From assembly GCA_041649175.1 (NCBI GenBank), contig JBAZNR010000002.1, forward strand, positions 257,766 through 321,765: a DNA stretch of 64,000 bases. Direction: 5' to 3'. The notes under the pieces were generated by a model. The model saw only the letters and a list, made by a program, of their open reading frames with translations, searched no databases and was not told the origin of the DNA. Below, one piece after another: positions 19,301-29,821 of the stretch; position 1 is the stretch's first letter; each line of letters opens with the position of its first letter. The translations under genes and the position numbers were made by a program. The DNA is from Candidatus Omnitrophota bacterium (GTDB lineage Bacteria; Omnitrophota; Gorgyraeia; Zapsychrales; JBAZNR01).

Positions 19301-20520
19301 AAATCTTAAAACAGGGAAGCGCAGGCTTAGAGAAAATTTACGACCGGAATTTGTATATCCGCAAAAAACGCATTGAAGAACGCGTGGCGCAGATCATTGC
19401 CGATGTAAAACTTAATGGTGATGATGCTCTGCTCAAATACACCAAGCGTTTTGACAAGGTCAAACTGACTCAAAAGCAATTAAAAGTTGCTGAAAACGAG
19501 ATCAGCGGCGCTTTTCAAAATATTACCAGCGATTTTATTTCCGCTTTAAAGATCATCATTAACAATGTTTCATTTTTCTATAAAAAGCAGCTAAAGAAAC
19601 CTTGCCGCGTCAAAGACGGCGACGGCGTCGCTTTAAAAGAGATCATTCAGCCGCTGGATTCCGTCGGGATTTATATCCCGGCCGGAACGGCGCCTTTGGT
19701 TTCTACCGTCTATATGACGGTTGTTCCGGCTAAAGTCGCCGGCGTTAAACGCATTGTGATCGCGACGCCTCCTGATAAAAACGGCCACATCAATCCTTAC
19801 ATCTTGGCGGTGGCAAATTTGCTTAAAGTTAATGAGATCTATCGCATTGGCGGCGCGCAGGCGATCGCCGCACTTGCTTTGGGAACAAAAACAATTCCCA
19901 AGGTCGATAAAATTATCGGCCCTGGAAATATGTATGTTACCGAAGCTAAACGCCAGCTTTTTGGATATGTGGATATTGATATGCTCGCCGGCCCCACAGA
20001 ACTCGTGGTCATCGCAAACCGATATAGCAATCCTGATTTTGTTTTAGCCGACCTTGAAGCACAAGCCGAACATTTAGGTGGGCTTGTTATTCTGATCACC
20101 ACATCACGGGCGCTTCTTAAATTAGCGCAAAAGAAAATGTCCAAAGGTTATGCCGTTTTTGCTAAGAATATCGAGGAAGCCATTGAGATCTCTAATAGGA
20201 TCGCGCCCGAACATTTGCAGATCCTCACCAACAATCCGCAAAGTGTCGCGAAAAAGATCCAAAACGTCGGCGCCATATTCTTAGGCCCGTATAGCCCGGC
20301 TGCCATCGGAGATTACGTCGCCGGCCCGAGCCATGTGTTACCAACGCTGGGTACCGCCAGATTTTTCTCCGGACTTTGTTTGTCCGATTTCACCCGGACC
20401 AGCCATATTATTGCTTATTCAAAGAAAGCGCTTGAAAAAGCGCGTGATCCTTTAGAAAAAGTCGCCACCATTGAAGGGTTAATAAAACATTACGAATCCG
20501 TTAAGGTCAGATTTCAATAG
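19297..20520 (+). CDS. hisD: histidinol dehydrogenase
   Basis: 407 aa. Conserved HisD motifs (…IPAGTAPLVSTVYMTVVPAKVAGV…, GPSHVLPT). Confidence 0.9.
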   Translation: MKILKQGSAGLEKIYDRNLYIRKKRIEERVAQIIADVKLNGDDALLKYTKRFDKVKLTQKQLKVAENEISGAFQNITSDFISALKIIINNVSFFYKKQLKKPCRVKDGDGVALKEIIQPLDSVGIYIPAGTAPLVSTVYMTVVPAKVAGVKRIVIATPPDKNGHINPYILAVANLLKVNEIYRIGGAQAIAALALGTKTIPKVDKIIGPGNMYVTEAKRQLFGYVDIDMLAGPTELVVIANRYSNPDFVLADLEAQAEHLGGLVILITTSRALLKLAQKKMSKGYAVFAKNIEEAIEISNRIAPEHLQILTNNPQSVAKKIQNVGAIFLGPYSPAAIGDYVAGPSHVLPTLGTARFFSGLCLSDFTRTSHIIAYSKKALEKARDPLEKVATIEGLIKHYESVKVRFQ

Positions 20521-20540
20521 TTCAATAGAAAGGAAATTGT

Positions 20541-21158
20541 ATGAAACAGCGTAAGGCACTGGAAAAACGCAAAAGCACCGAAACAGAAATAGAAGTCAAG
20601 CTTAGCCTTGACGGTAAGGGAGAAACAAAAATAAAAACCCAGATCGGCATTCTTGATCATATGCTGCACCTCTTTGCTTTTCACGGATTTTTTGACCTGG
20701 AATTGATCGTCAAAAAAGCCGATACTAATATTGACATTCACCACACCAACGAAGACATCGGCATTGTTCTAGGAAAAGCTTTTAAGGCAGCCTTGGGCGA
20801 AAAAGAAGGTATTCGCCGTTTTGGCCTAGCCGCCGCGCCGATGGAGTCTACCATCGGAACATGTGTTATTGATATCAGCGGCCGCGGGCATTTTAAGCTG
20901 AACATTGCCGGAAACCAAACAACTCATCCGGCATCGAAAGAGCAAGACGGATACGCCATAACATACTTGGAGCACTTTATGGAATCATTCGCGAAAAGCT
21001 TGAGCGCGACCATCGGCATCACCATTCAAAACCCCAGCGATGATTTGCACACGAATCTAGAAACTGTTTTTAAATCCTTAGGGATCGCTTTAGACCGGGC
21101 GACACAGATCGATCCTCGTCGAAAAGGTGTTCCGTCCACAAAAGGAATCATTGATTAA
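20541..21158 (+). CDS. hisB: imidazoleglycerol-phosphate dehydratase (monofunctional)
   Basis: 205 aa. IGPD motifs (DHHTNEDIGIVLG…, HHxxE repeats). Confidence 0.9.
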   Translation: MKQRKALEKRKSTETEIEVKLSLDGKGETKIKTQIGILDHMLHLFAFHGFFDLELIVKKADTNIDIHHTNEDIGIVLGKAFKAALGEKEGIRRFGLAAAPMESTIGTCVIDISGRGHFKLNIAGNQTTHPASKEQDGYAITYLEHFMESFAKSLSATIGITIQNPSDDLHTNLETVFKSLGIALDRATQIDPRRKGVPSTKGIID

Positions 21159-21763
21159 TGATCGCCATTATTGACTACGGAATGGGAAATTTGCGCAGCG
21201 TGCAGAAGGCTTTTGAAAAAGTCGGCGCGCTGGCAACTATTACCCAAGACCCCAAAGACTTAGAATCAGCCGAAAAAATTGTCCTGCCGGGAGTGGGGGC
21301 GATGAAGCCGGCCATGGAAAAACTATCTTCACTCAACCTTGTCACGGCCATCAAGAAGTCCATCAAAGACAAAAAACCTTTTTTGGGAATTTGCTTAGGG
21401 CTGCAGCTTCTTTTTGACGAAAGCGATGAGGGAGGCAAGGTCAACGGATTAGGGATCTTAAAGGGGAGTGTTATTCGCTTTACACAACTCAAAGTTCCGC
21501 ACATGGGCTGGAATCAGATCAATATTAAAAATCTCTCGTGTCCGCTTTTTTCCGGAATTGAAAATTTAACGTCCGTTTACTTTTGTCACTCTTATTTTCC
21601 AAAACCGGAAGACACAAATATCATAGCCACAACCACAGATTACGGCATAGATTTTTCATCGTCCGTCTGGCAGGAAAATGTCTACGGTGTTCAGTTCCAC
21701 CCCGAGAAAAGCCAAGCGGCGGGGCTTAAAATCTTGAGAAATTTTGCGGAACTTAAATCATGA
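21158..21763 (+). CDS. hisH: imidazole glycerol phosphate synthase, glutaminase subunit HisH
   Basis: 201 aa. Class I GATase (GICLGLQLL…, HMGWN…, FHPEKS). Confidence 0.9.
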   Translation: MIAIIDYGMGNLRSVQKAFEKVGALATITQDPKDLESAEKIVLPGVGAMKPAMEKLSSLNLVTAIKKSIKDKKPFLGICLGLQLLFDESDEGGKVNGLGILKGSVIRFTQLKVPHMGWNQINIKNLSCPLFSGIENLTSVYFCHSYFPKPEDTNIIATTTDYGIDFSSSVWQENVYGVQFHPEKSQAAGLKILRNFAELKS

Positions 21764-22488
21764 TCATTATCCCGGCCATTGACATCAAAGACGGAAAAGT
21801 CGTACGCCTTTCCCAGGGACGGTTTCAGGAGATAACGATCTATTCATCCGACCCGGTCGCGTTCGCGAAAAAATGGGAAACGGCCGGCGCGAGCCTCATC
21901 CATATCGTCGATCTCGACGGCGCTGAAAAAGGCGAGATGAAGAATTTCGATGCCATCGCAAAGATCTCCAAGGCTGTTAAAGTTCCCCTGGAAGTCGGCG
22001 GCGGAATAAGAAAACGCGATGACATCTTACGCGTTTTAGGACAAGGGATCTCTCGTGTTGTTTTGGGAACGCGCGTTGTCGAAGACCGCGCATTTCTTAA
22101 AGAGATCCTGAAAGATTGGAAAGAACGTATTGTGGTGAGCCTAGATTGCTCGCATGGCATTGTCACACAAAAAGGATGGACATCCGTTTCAAATTTGAAA
22201 GCAACCGACTTTGCAAAAGAACTGCAAGACATGGGCCTGACACAATTGATCTACACCGATATTGCCCGCGACGGAACCTTGCGCGGCCCAAATCTAACCA
22301 GCATCAAAGAGATCTTAGATTCGGTCACGATCCCGGTGATCGCCTCCGGCGGTGTTTCAAATCTTGAAGACATTAAAAGCCTTAAGAAATTAGGAAGCCA
22401 CCTTTGGGGAGCCATTGTCGGTAAAGCGCTTTATGAAGGAAATTTTGAATTGAAAGATGCCATAAGCTTATGCTCACAAAAAGAATAA
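21760..22488 (+). CDS. hisA: ProFAR isomerase HisA
   Basis: 242 aa. (beta/alpha)8 HisA signature ([15 protein letters not shown]…, [12 protein letters not shown]). Confidence 0.9.
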   Translation: MIIIPAIDIKDGKVVRLSQGRFQEITIYSSDPVAFAKKWETAGASLIHIVDLDGAEKGEMKNFDAIAKISKAVKVPLEVGGGIRKRDDILRVLGQGISRVVLGTRVVEDRAFLKEILKDWKERIVVSLDCSHGIVTQKGWTSVSNLKATDFAKELQDMGLTQLIYTDIARDGTLRGPNLTSIKEILDSVTIPVIASGGVSNLEDIKSLKKLGSHLWGAIVGKALYEGNFELKDAISLCSQKE

Positions 22489-23225
22489 TTCCGTGCTTGG
22501 ATGTTAAAGACGGGCGTGTTGTTAAGGGTGTCAAGTTCATCGGGTTGCGTGACGCGGGAGACCCCGTTGAGATCGCTAAAGTTTACGACACCAGCGGCGC
22601 CGATGAATTGGTTTTTTTGGACATTACCGCCAGCCATGAAAAACGAAAGATCATCCTTAACATTGTTCAAAAAACAGCGGAACAAGTTTTTATGCCGTTA
22701 ACCGTTGGCGGCGGAATTAAAGACATTTCGGATATTCGCGACCTGTTGAACGCCGGCGCCGATAAAGTATCTATTAACACATCAGCGGTCCAAGATCCGT
22801 CGATCATTACCGACGCGGCAAAACGCTTCGGAAGCCAATGCATTGTGGTCGCCATTGACGCAAAGAAAGACGAAGAGGGATGGGAAGTTTATATTCACGG
22901 CGGGCGCACGCCCACCGGAAAAGATGTTATCCTTTGGGCCAAAGAGGCTCAAAAATTAGGCGCGGGAGAGATTCTTTTAACCAGCATGGATTGTGATGGG
23001 ACCAAAGACGGATTTGATATTCCGCTTACAAGGTCCGTCGCCGACGCTGTCGAGATCCCGGTGATCGCCTCCGGCGGCGCGGGAACCGTGAAACATTTTT
23101 CTGATGTCTTTACAAAAACATCTGCCAGTGCGGCATTGGCGGCATCTATTTTTCATTACGGAGAAATTTCTATTAAAGAGGTTAAGGAATATCTTAATAA
23201 AAAATCAATCGAGGCGCGCGTATGA
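22470..23225 (+). CDS. hisF: imidazole glycerol phosphate synthase, cyclase subunit HisF
   Basis: 251 aa. [16 protein letters not shown]…, VIASGGAG…. Confidence 0.9.
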   Translation: MLTKRIIPCLDVKDGRVVKGVKFIGLRDAGDPVEIAKVYDTSGADELVFLDITASHEKRKIILNIVQKTAEQVFMPLTVGGGIKDISDIRDLLNAGADKVSINTSAVQDPSIITDAAKRFGSQCIVVAIDAKKDEEGWEVYIHGGRTPTGKDVILWAKEAQKLGAGEILLTSMDCDGTKDGFDIPLTRSVADAVEIPVIASGGAGTVKHFSDVFTKTSASAALAASIFHYGEISIKEVKEYLNKKSIEARV

Positions 23226-23575
23226 GCTCAATGGAAAAAATTATTTTAACGCCTAAAACGTTAAATAAATTAAAGTTTAACGATCAGAAACTTATTCCGG
23301 CTATTATTCAAGACTACAAGACAAAAGATGTCTTGATGCTGGCGTATATGAATTTGGAATCGATCCGCCGCACGATCAAACTTAAGAAAACATGTTTCTG
23401 GTCACGTTCCCGCAAAGAATATTGGATCAAAGGAATGACTTCGGGGCACATTCAACATGTTAAAGGAATTTATTATGATTGTGACTGCGACACACTGCTC
23501 ATTAAAGTCCGGCAGATCGGCGGCGCATGCCACACCAATCAATACAGTTGTTTTTACCGAAAAGTGAAAGTATAA
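23222..23575 (+). CDS. hisI: phosphoribosyl-AMP cyclohydrolase HisI
   Basis: 117 aa. LIPAIIQD…DVLMLAYMN…[11 protein letters not shown]…CDCD metal motif. No fused HisE. Confidence 0.8.
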   Translation: MSSMEKIILTPKTLNKLKFNDQKLIPAIIQDYKTKDVLMLAYMNLESIRRTIKLKKTCFWSRSRKEYWIKGMTSGHIQHVKGIYYDCDCDTLLIKVRQIGGACHTNQYSCFYRKVKV

Positions 23576-25078
23576 ATGTACTATCCGTCAAAAAAAGAAT
23601 TTATTGCCTTAACGCAAAAAGGGAATCTTATTCCGGTTTACCGCGAGATCTTAGGCGATCTGGAAACACCCGTTTCCACCTACCTAAAGATCGCGGCGAA
23701 GGCAAAATATTCTTGTTTGCTCGAATCCGTCGAAGGCCAAGAAAAAATAGCGCGGTATTCCTTTTTAGCCAAAGACCCCGAGCTTGTTTTCCAAAGCAAG
23801 GGACGAACGGCCGAAATTATCCAGTTTAAAAACGGCCGCATACAAAAAAACAGTCTTAAGGTTTTAGATACGCCGCTGTCTTTCATTCGCGAAATTATGG
23901 CACGCTATAAATTTGTTGAAGTGGCCAATCTTCCCAGATTCTGCGGAGGGCTCATCGGATATATGGGTTACGATCTTGTCCGTTATTTTGAAACCATTCC
24001 GGAAAAAACCAAAGATGATCTGCATCTGCCGGATATGATCTTTATGCTCTTTAAGAACATGGTGATCTTTGATCATATGACGCACAAGATCAAGATCATT
24101 TCCTGTGCCCATGCTGACTCTAAGGCAAGTAACCATGAAAAACTCAGCGCGTATGAAAACGCATTAACCGCCGTTGACCGCATTGTCGAAGAACTTAACC
24201 TGGCAACGCTCGATCAAAAACAAATTGAAGATACGCAGTTCCAGAAGCTTCAGCTCAAATCCAACATGACCGAAACACAATTCAAAAATTCCGTCCGAAA
24301 AGCCAAAGAGCGGATCACCGCCGGAGACATCATTCAAGTCGTCCTTTCTCAGCGGTTTGAAACACAGATCCAAGCGCATCCTTTTAGGATCTATAGAGAA
24401 CTGCGCTCGGTCAACCCATCGCCGTATATGTATTATTTAAAACTTGATAACGTTGCTCTGGTTGGTTCATCGCCGGAACTTTTGGTGCGCTGTGAAGACG
24501 GCATTGTAGAAACGCGGCCCATTGCCGGAACCAGAAAACGGGGAAAAACAGATAAAGACGACGCTTCTCTTCAAAAAGAACTTCTTTCTGACCCTAAAGA
24601 ACGCGCCGAACACACCATGCTGGTCGACCTTGGACGCAACGACCTTGGCCGCGTCTGCATTCAGGGAACCGTCAAATTATCCGAATTTATGAGCATTGAA
24701 AAATATTCACACGTCATGCATATCGTCAGTAATGTTAAAGGAAAACTACGCCCTGATAAAGATATTTTTGATGTCTTGCAAGCCGCTTTTCCGGCCGGGA
24801 CAGTTTCGGGGGCGCCGAAGATCCGCGCGATGGAGATCATTGAAGACTTAGAGCCGACAAAACGAGGGCCTTATGCCGGTTGCATCGGGTATTTTAGCTT
24901 CTCCGGAAATCTGGATACCTGTATCACCATCCGCACCATCGTTATTAAAGATGAAAAGGCTTACATTCAAGCAGGAGCAGGGATCGTTGCCGACTCGCAA
25001 CCACAGCATGAATATTTAGAAACGATCAATAAAGCAAAAGCACAGTTGATGGCCATCGAAATGGCTCATCAGGAATAA
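23576..25078 (+). CDS. trpE: anthranilate synthase component I (chorismate-binding enzyme; TrpE, less likely PabB)
   Basis: 500 aa. N-terminal LLESVEG feedback motif. C-terminal chorismate-binding core (…GAPKIRAMEIIEDLEPTKRGPYAGCIGY…AGAGIVADS). Confidence 0.7.
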   Translation: MYYPSKKEFIALTQKGNLIPVYREILGDLETPVSTYLKIAAKAKYSCLLESVEGQEKIARYSFLAKDPELVFQSKGRTAEIIQFKNGRIQKNSLKVLDTPLSFIREIMARYKFVEVANLPRFCGGLIGYMGYDLVRYFETIPEKTKDDLHLPDMIFMLFKNMVIFDHMTHKIKIISCAHADSKASNHEKLSAYENALTAVDRIVEELNLATLDQKQIEDTQFQKLQLKSNMTETQFKNSVRKAKERITAGDIIQVVLSQRFETQIQAHPFRIYRELRSVNPSPYMYYLKLDNVALVGSSPELLVRCEDGIVETRPIAGTRKRGKTDKDDASLQKELLSDPKERAEHTMLVDLGRNDLGRVCIQGTVKLSEFMSIEKYSHVMHIVSNVKGKLRPDKDIFDVLQAAFPAGTVSGAPKIRAMEIIEDLEPTKRGPYAGCIGYFSFSGNLDTCITIRTIVIKDEKAYIQAGAGIVADSQPQHEYLETINKAKAQLMAIEMAHQE

Positions 25079-25135
25079 TACGGAATAACACATAAGATTA
25101 TTTCGTCAACAAACCAAAGTTAAGGAGAAACAGTT

Positions 25136-25378
25136 ATGGAAGTTCGTATCAGATTGCAAAAATCAAGCAAAGGTGCTAATCGCAGCACAAATTACCGTAT
25201 TGTCGCTATCAGCCGCACGGTGACACGCGACGGCCGACGGTTAGAAATTCTAGGGTATTACGATCCGTCTAAAAAACCGGCGCTGCTTTCGGTGAACAAA
25301 GAAAAGCTAGATGCGTGGGTCAAAAAAGGCGCTCGCATGAGCGACACCATTAAAAGCCTTGTTGCGAAATTAAAATAG
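25136..25378 (+). CDS. rpsP: 30S ribosomal protein S16
   Basis: 80 aa. MEVRIRLQKSSKGANRSTNYRIVAISRTVTRDGRRLEILGYYDP matches S16. Confidence 0.85.
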   Translation: MEVRIRLQKSSKGANRSTNYRIVAISRTVTRDGRRLEILGYYDPSKKPALLSVNKEKLDAWVKKGARMSDTIKSLVAKLK

Positions 25379-25415
25379 CTTAATAACTCGTTTTTGTTTT
25401 AGCGAAAGGATTTCT

Positions 25416-25706
25416 ATGCCTACGGACCAAGTCTCAAACCCGTTTTTATCGTCTTTGATGATCCCTTATATTCTTATTATCGCTATTTTTTACTTTCTCG
25501 TGATCAAGCCGCAAAAGGATCGCCAAAAACAGCATAAGCTAATGCTAGAAAATTTAAAAAAGAACGACGAGATCGTCACCACCGGAGGAATTCACGCCAC
25601 CATTATTAATGTTAAAGACAAAACGGTGATCATCCGCATCGACGACAATGTTAAAATGGAGATCGATAAAGAGGCCATCGCCGTCGTTACAAAATCAGCA
25701 AACTAA
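25416..25706 (+). CDS. yajC: preprotein translocase subunit YajC
   Basis: 96 aa. Single TM then IVTTGGIHATIINVKDKTVIIRIDDNVKMEIDKEAI. Confidence 0.8.
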   Translation: MPTDQVSNPFLSSLMIPYILIIAIFYFLVIKPQKDRQKQHKLMLENLKKNDEIVTTGGIHATIINVKDKTVIIRIDDNVKMEIDKEAIAVVTKSAN

Positions 25707-25720
25707 ACAAAGGGACTTTC

Positions 25721-27916
25721 ATGGATAAAAACCTACAAGGACGTATTCTTCTTATTTGCGCCGTTATCGCGGCATGCCTGTATTGCATTTTTCCCATACA
25801 AAAAAGGATCAATCTTGGGCTCGACTTAAAAGGCGGGATGCACGTTGTCTTAAAAGTTGAAACTGAAAAATTGCCAGAAGCCTCCCGCAACGACGCGGTT
25901 TTACGCGCCATCGAGATCTTGCGTAATCGTATCGACAGCTTAGGCTCCGGAGAAACGCTTTTACAGCGTCAAGGTGAAGACGAGATCATTGTTCAATTGC
26001 CCGGTGTTACCGACCGCGACGCGGCCCTGGCCATGATCGGAAAAGTCGCGCAATTGGAATTTAAACTTGTTTCTCCTGATCCAAATAAGCTTAAAGAAGC
26101 TTTAAGCGGGACTGTTCCGGAAGGATACGAACTTAAGTTTATCAAGAAAGAAAAGGATGAACCGGTTCTTGTTGAGCAAAAAGTTACCCTAAGCGGCGAT
26201 GCCATTACGGATGCAAAGGTAGATTTTAATCAATCTAGCTTTGGCGCTCCGGAAATTGCCTTTTCTCTTAATTCGGCCGGCGCAAAGATCTTTGCGGACG
26301 TCACCAAGGCCCACATCGGCGACAGGCTCGCCATTGTTTTAGACGGGGAAGTTATTTCCGCGCCAAACATTAATTCGGAAATTCCCAGCGGCAGCGGCGT
26401 TATTACCGGGATGTTCACATTTGATGAAGCTTCGCTTTTAGCGCTGGCGCTTCGTTCCGGCGCGCTGCCTGCGCCTATGCACATTGAAGAAGAAAGAACC
26501 ATCGGGCCGCTTTTAGGAAAAGACTCAATTCGATCCGGAATTAACGCGACCGTTTTGGGCGCCGCGTTGGTTTTTATTTTTATGCTCATCTATTATCACA
26601 TCGCAGGGATCACCGCCAACATCGCTCTTTTTTTAAACCTTTTGATGATCTTAGGAACCATGGGATTTTTAAATATTATGCTTCCCGGTTCTCAAACAAC
26701 CCTGACATTACCAGGTATTGCCGGTATTATTTTAACGCTCGGAATGGCGGTTGATGCTAACGTTCTGATCAACGAACGCATCCGAGAGGAGCTATCCTCG
26801 GGCCGGCCGCTTCAATCCGCCGTCAACAACGGGTATCACCGGGCTTTTTCCGCTATCTTTGATTCGAACATTACAACACTCATTGCCGCATTTATGCTGT
26901 TTCAATTCGGCTCCGGCCCCATCAAAGGCTTTGCGGTCACTTTAGCTATCGGTATCAGCTCCAGTTTATTTACCGCGCTAACCGTAACAAAAACTATTTT
27001 TGATACTCTTATTCGTACACGCCTTATTAAAACCGTTAGCATGTTCCAACTATTCAAGCAGACTAAAATTGATTTCATTAGCAAACGATATATTTTCTAT
27101 GCAATTTCGATCGTGGTCATCGTTGCCGGCCTTACATCCATCATTTCCAAAAAAGAGGCCGCCTACGGAATTGATTTTTCCGGAGGGCAATTACAAGAAT
27201 ACCGCTTTAACAAAGCTGTCAATGTTGAGATCTTGAGAACATCGCTCAAAGAAGTCGGATTAGGTGATGTGGCTATTCAGCAATTCGAAAAAGATCCGCA
27301 AACGATCATCATCCGCACCGATCAAGACACCTTTGATTCGGTCAAAAAAGTTCTTACCGAAAAAATGTCCGACAATCCCTACGACATTTTGCGCATTGAA
27401 AAAGTCGGGCCGGTCGTCGGAAAAGCACTGCGTACCCGTGCCATTTTAGCCATTCTCTTTGCCTTAGGAGCGATCCTTATTTATGTCGGATTTCGCTTCA
27501 AGCATTTTGACTTTGCCTTTGCGGGTGTCGTCGCGCTTTTACATGACGTTGTGGTTGCCGCCGGAGTCTTGGTCATGATGGGTCATCAGATCGACTTATT
27601 GGTTGTCACGGCACTTTTAACAATTGCCGGTTTTTCCATCAATGACACGATCGTTATTTATGACAGGGTACGGGAAAACATGGCCAGCATGCGAAAGCTA
27701 AGCTTGCGAGAGGTGATCAACTTAAGCGTTAATCAAACATTAAGCAGAACCATTCTCACATCCAGCGCGACGCTTTTAACCGTTATCGCTTTGTACTTAT
27801 TCGGTGGGGAAGTTTTAAGATCTTTTTCGCTTTGCCTTTTGATCGGTTTTGTTTCCGGTGTTTATTCAACCGTTTACATCGCGTCACCTTTGGTCTTGGC
27901 TTGGCATAAAAAGTAA
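25721..27916 (+). CDS. secDF: protein translocase SecD-SecF fusion
   Basis: 731 aa. SecD periplasmic domain plus 6 TM, then SecF-like second 6-TM module (…RTSLKEVGLGDVAIQQF…). Follows yajC. Confidence 0.85.
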   Translation: MDKNLQGRILLICAVIAACLYCIFPIQKRINLGLDLKGGMHVVLKVETEKLPEASRNDAVLRAIEILRNRIDSLGSGETLLQRQGEDEIIVQLPGVTDRDAALAMIGKVAQLEFKLVSPDPNKLKEALSGTVPEGYELKFIKKEKDEPVLVEQKVTLSGDAITDAKVDFNQSSFGAPEIAFSLNSAGAKIFADVTKAHIGDRLAIVLDGEVISAPNINSEIPSGSGVITGMFTFDEASLLALALRSGALPAPMHIEEERTIGPLLGKDSIRSGINATVLGAALVFIFMLIYYHIAGITANIALFLNLLMILGTMGFLNIMLPGSQTTLTLPGIAGIILTLGMAVDANVLINERIREELSSGRPLQSAVNNGYHRAFSAIFDSNITTLIAAFMLFQFGSGPIKGFAVTLAIGISSSLFTALTVTKTIFDTLIRTRLIKTVSMFQLFKQTKIDFISKRYIFYAISIVVIVAGLTSIISKKEAAYGIDFSGGQLQEYRFNKAVNVEILRTSLKEVGLGDVAIQQFEKDPQTIIIRTDQDTFDSVKKVLTEKMSDNPYDILRIEKVGPVVGKALRTRAILAILFALGAILIYVGFRFKHFDFAFAGVVALLHDVVVAAGVLVMMGHQIDLLVVTALLTIAGFSINDTIVIYDRVRENMASMRKLSLREVINLSVNQTLSRTILTSSATLLTVIALYLFGGEVLRSFSLCLLIGFVSGVYSTVYIASPLVLAWHKK

Positions 27917-27919
27917 CTT

Positions 27920-29821
27920 ATGTTTAAGGCGCTTAAACTTTTTGTCGCCCAAACCGTTGATATCGATCATATCGCCGCCCAACTGGTCACTTTCGGCTAT
28001 CGCTGGGCTTCGGCCGTTTCCAACGAAGGGGATTTTAGCCGGCGCGGCGGTATTATTGATATTTTCCCATCCAATTTTGACTCTCCCGTCCGCCTGGATT
28101 TCGACGGAGACATCATCCGCTCTATCCAAAGCATTGATCTTCTGACAGGCAGATCGACCTGGCAACACAATATCGTTTTTATCCTTCCCAAAAAGATCCC
28201 AAAAGAAAACTTATTTACCGCCGATACGCCTCTTAATCATTTTGTGGATATTAAAGAAGGGGATTATGTTGTCCACAATACGCATGGGGTCGGAAAATTC
28301 TTAGGCGCCACCGAGATCAGTAAGGATAAGAAATTAAGCGAGCATCTGATCATCGAGTACGAAGGCGGCGATCGATTATTCGTTCCAAAGCATGATATTC
28401 ATCTCATTCAAAAATATCTAGGATTTACCAAAAAGCCTCCTCGTCTTTTCAAATTGGGCTCCAAAGAGTGGGACGCGGTCAAAGGGCGCATCCAAAAAAG
28501 GATACAACAATTCGCGGTTGAACTCCTTCATCTTCAAGCGCTGCGTGCCAGCCTCGGTGGATACGCTTTTTCTAAAGATGCGCCCTGGCAAAAACAATTT
28601 GAGAATACTTTTCCCTTTGAAGAGACCCCCGACCAAATTCGCGCGGCCGAAGATGTTAAATCGGATATGGAATCGTCTTTTCCCATGGACAGGCTTTTAT
28701 GCGGCGATGTCGGTTACGGAAAAACGGAAGTCGCTCTTCGCGCGGCGTTTAAAGCCGTTATGGACAATAAACAGGCTGCTATCCTTGTTCCGACGACGAT
28801 TTTAGCAGAACAGCACTATTTTAATTTTAGCCAGCGGCTTAAAGAGTTTCCCGTGCGTGTTGATATGCTCAGCCGTTTTAAAACGCGCCGGCAGCAATCG
28901 GAAATCGTTAAAGAACTTAAACTTGGAAAAATCGATATTATTATTGGAACGCACCGACTTCTGTCGAAAGATATTCAATTTAAAGAATTAGGGCTTATCG
29001 TCATTGACGAGGAACAGCGTTTTGGCGTGCGCTCCAAGGAAAAATTAAAGCACGTGCGCCTTTTGGCCGACGTACTTACATTGACCGCAACGCCCATTCC
29101 GCGCACATTGTATATGGCTTTAGCCGGCGCCAGAGATATGTCGGTCATCAACACGCCGCCTAAAAATCGTATTCCGGTTTCAACGCATTTAATTGAGCTC
29201 GATGAAGATCTGATCCGTGACGCCATTGATAAGGAATTGCGCCGCAAAGGGCAGGTTTTCTTTTTGCATAATCGCGTTGAGAATATTGAAAAGATCGCAA
29301 GCCTCGTAAAACGCCTGGCTCCCCATGCCCGTATCGCGATCGCTCACGGACAAATGCCTCCCAAAACTCTGGAAAAGATCATGCTCGATTTTTTGGGGAA
29401 TAATATCGACGTTCTTGTTTGCACCACCATCATTGAATCAGGCATTGATGTCCCCAATGCCAACACGCTGATCGTTAATAATGCGCATCACTTTGGGCTG
29501 GCGGATCTGCATCAATTACGCGGCCGGGTAGGACGCTTTACACAAAAGGCTTACGCCTATTTTATTATTCCGCCTCAAGAACGGTTGTCTTCGCTCGCTA
29601 AAAGCCGTCTGAAAGCTTTAGAGCAATTTAGCGATCTGGGCTCAGGATTTAACATTGCTTTTGAAGATTTGCAAATCCGCGGCGCCGGAAATCTTCTCGG
29701 CGCTCAACAGCACGGATACATCTCCAGCATCGGTTTTGACCTCTACTGTCGTTTATTAAAAGAATCCATAGAAAATATTAAAAAACACGCTAAAATAGGT
29801 ACCTATGAAAAGACATCTTAA
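27920..29821 (+). CDS. mfd: transcription-repair coupling factor Mfd, compact form (UvrB-homology D2, RNAP-interacting domain, SF2 helicase; no D1a/D3/D7)
   Basis: 633 aa. GGIIDIFP…PVRLDFDGDIIRSI (D2). GDYVVHNTHGVGKF…EYEGGDRLFVPKHDIHLIQKY (RID). LCGDVGYGKTEVALRAAF…DEEQRFGV (helicase). Ends just after the GAGNLLGAQQHGYISSIGFDLYCRLL block; the next gene overlaps its stop. Confidence 0.7.
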   Translation: MFKALKLFVAQTVDIDHIAAQLVTFGYRWASAVSNEGDFSRRGGIIDIFPSNFDSPVRLDFDGDIIRSIQSIDLLTGRSTWQHNIVFILPKKIPKENLFTADTPLNHFVDIKEGDYVVHNTHGVGKFLGATEISKDKKLSEHLIIEYEGGDRLFVPKHDIHLIQKYLGFTKKPPRLFKLGSKEWDAVKGRIQKRIQQFAVELLHLQALRASLGGYAFSKDAPWQKQFENTFPFEETPDQIRAAEDVKSDMESSFPMDRLLCGDVGYGKTEVALRAAFKAVMDNKQAAILVPTTILAEQHYFNFSQRLKEFPVRVDMLSRFKTRRQQSEIVKELKLGKIDIIIGTHRLLSKDIQFKELGLIVIDEEQRFGVRSKEKLKHVRLLADVLTLTATPIPRTLYMALAGARDMSVINTPPKNRIPVSTHLIELDEDLIRDAIDKELRRKGQVFFLHNRVENIEKIASLVKRLAPHARIAIAHGQMPPKTLEKIMLDFLGNNIDVLVCTTIIESGIDVPNANTLIVNNAHHFGLADLHQLRGRVGRFTQKAYAYFIIPPQERLSSLAKSRLKALEQFSDLGSGFNIAFEDLQIRGAGNLLGAQQHGYISSIGFDLYCRLLKESIENIKKHAKIGTYEKTS

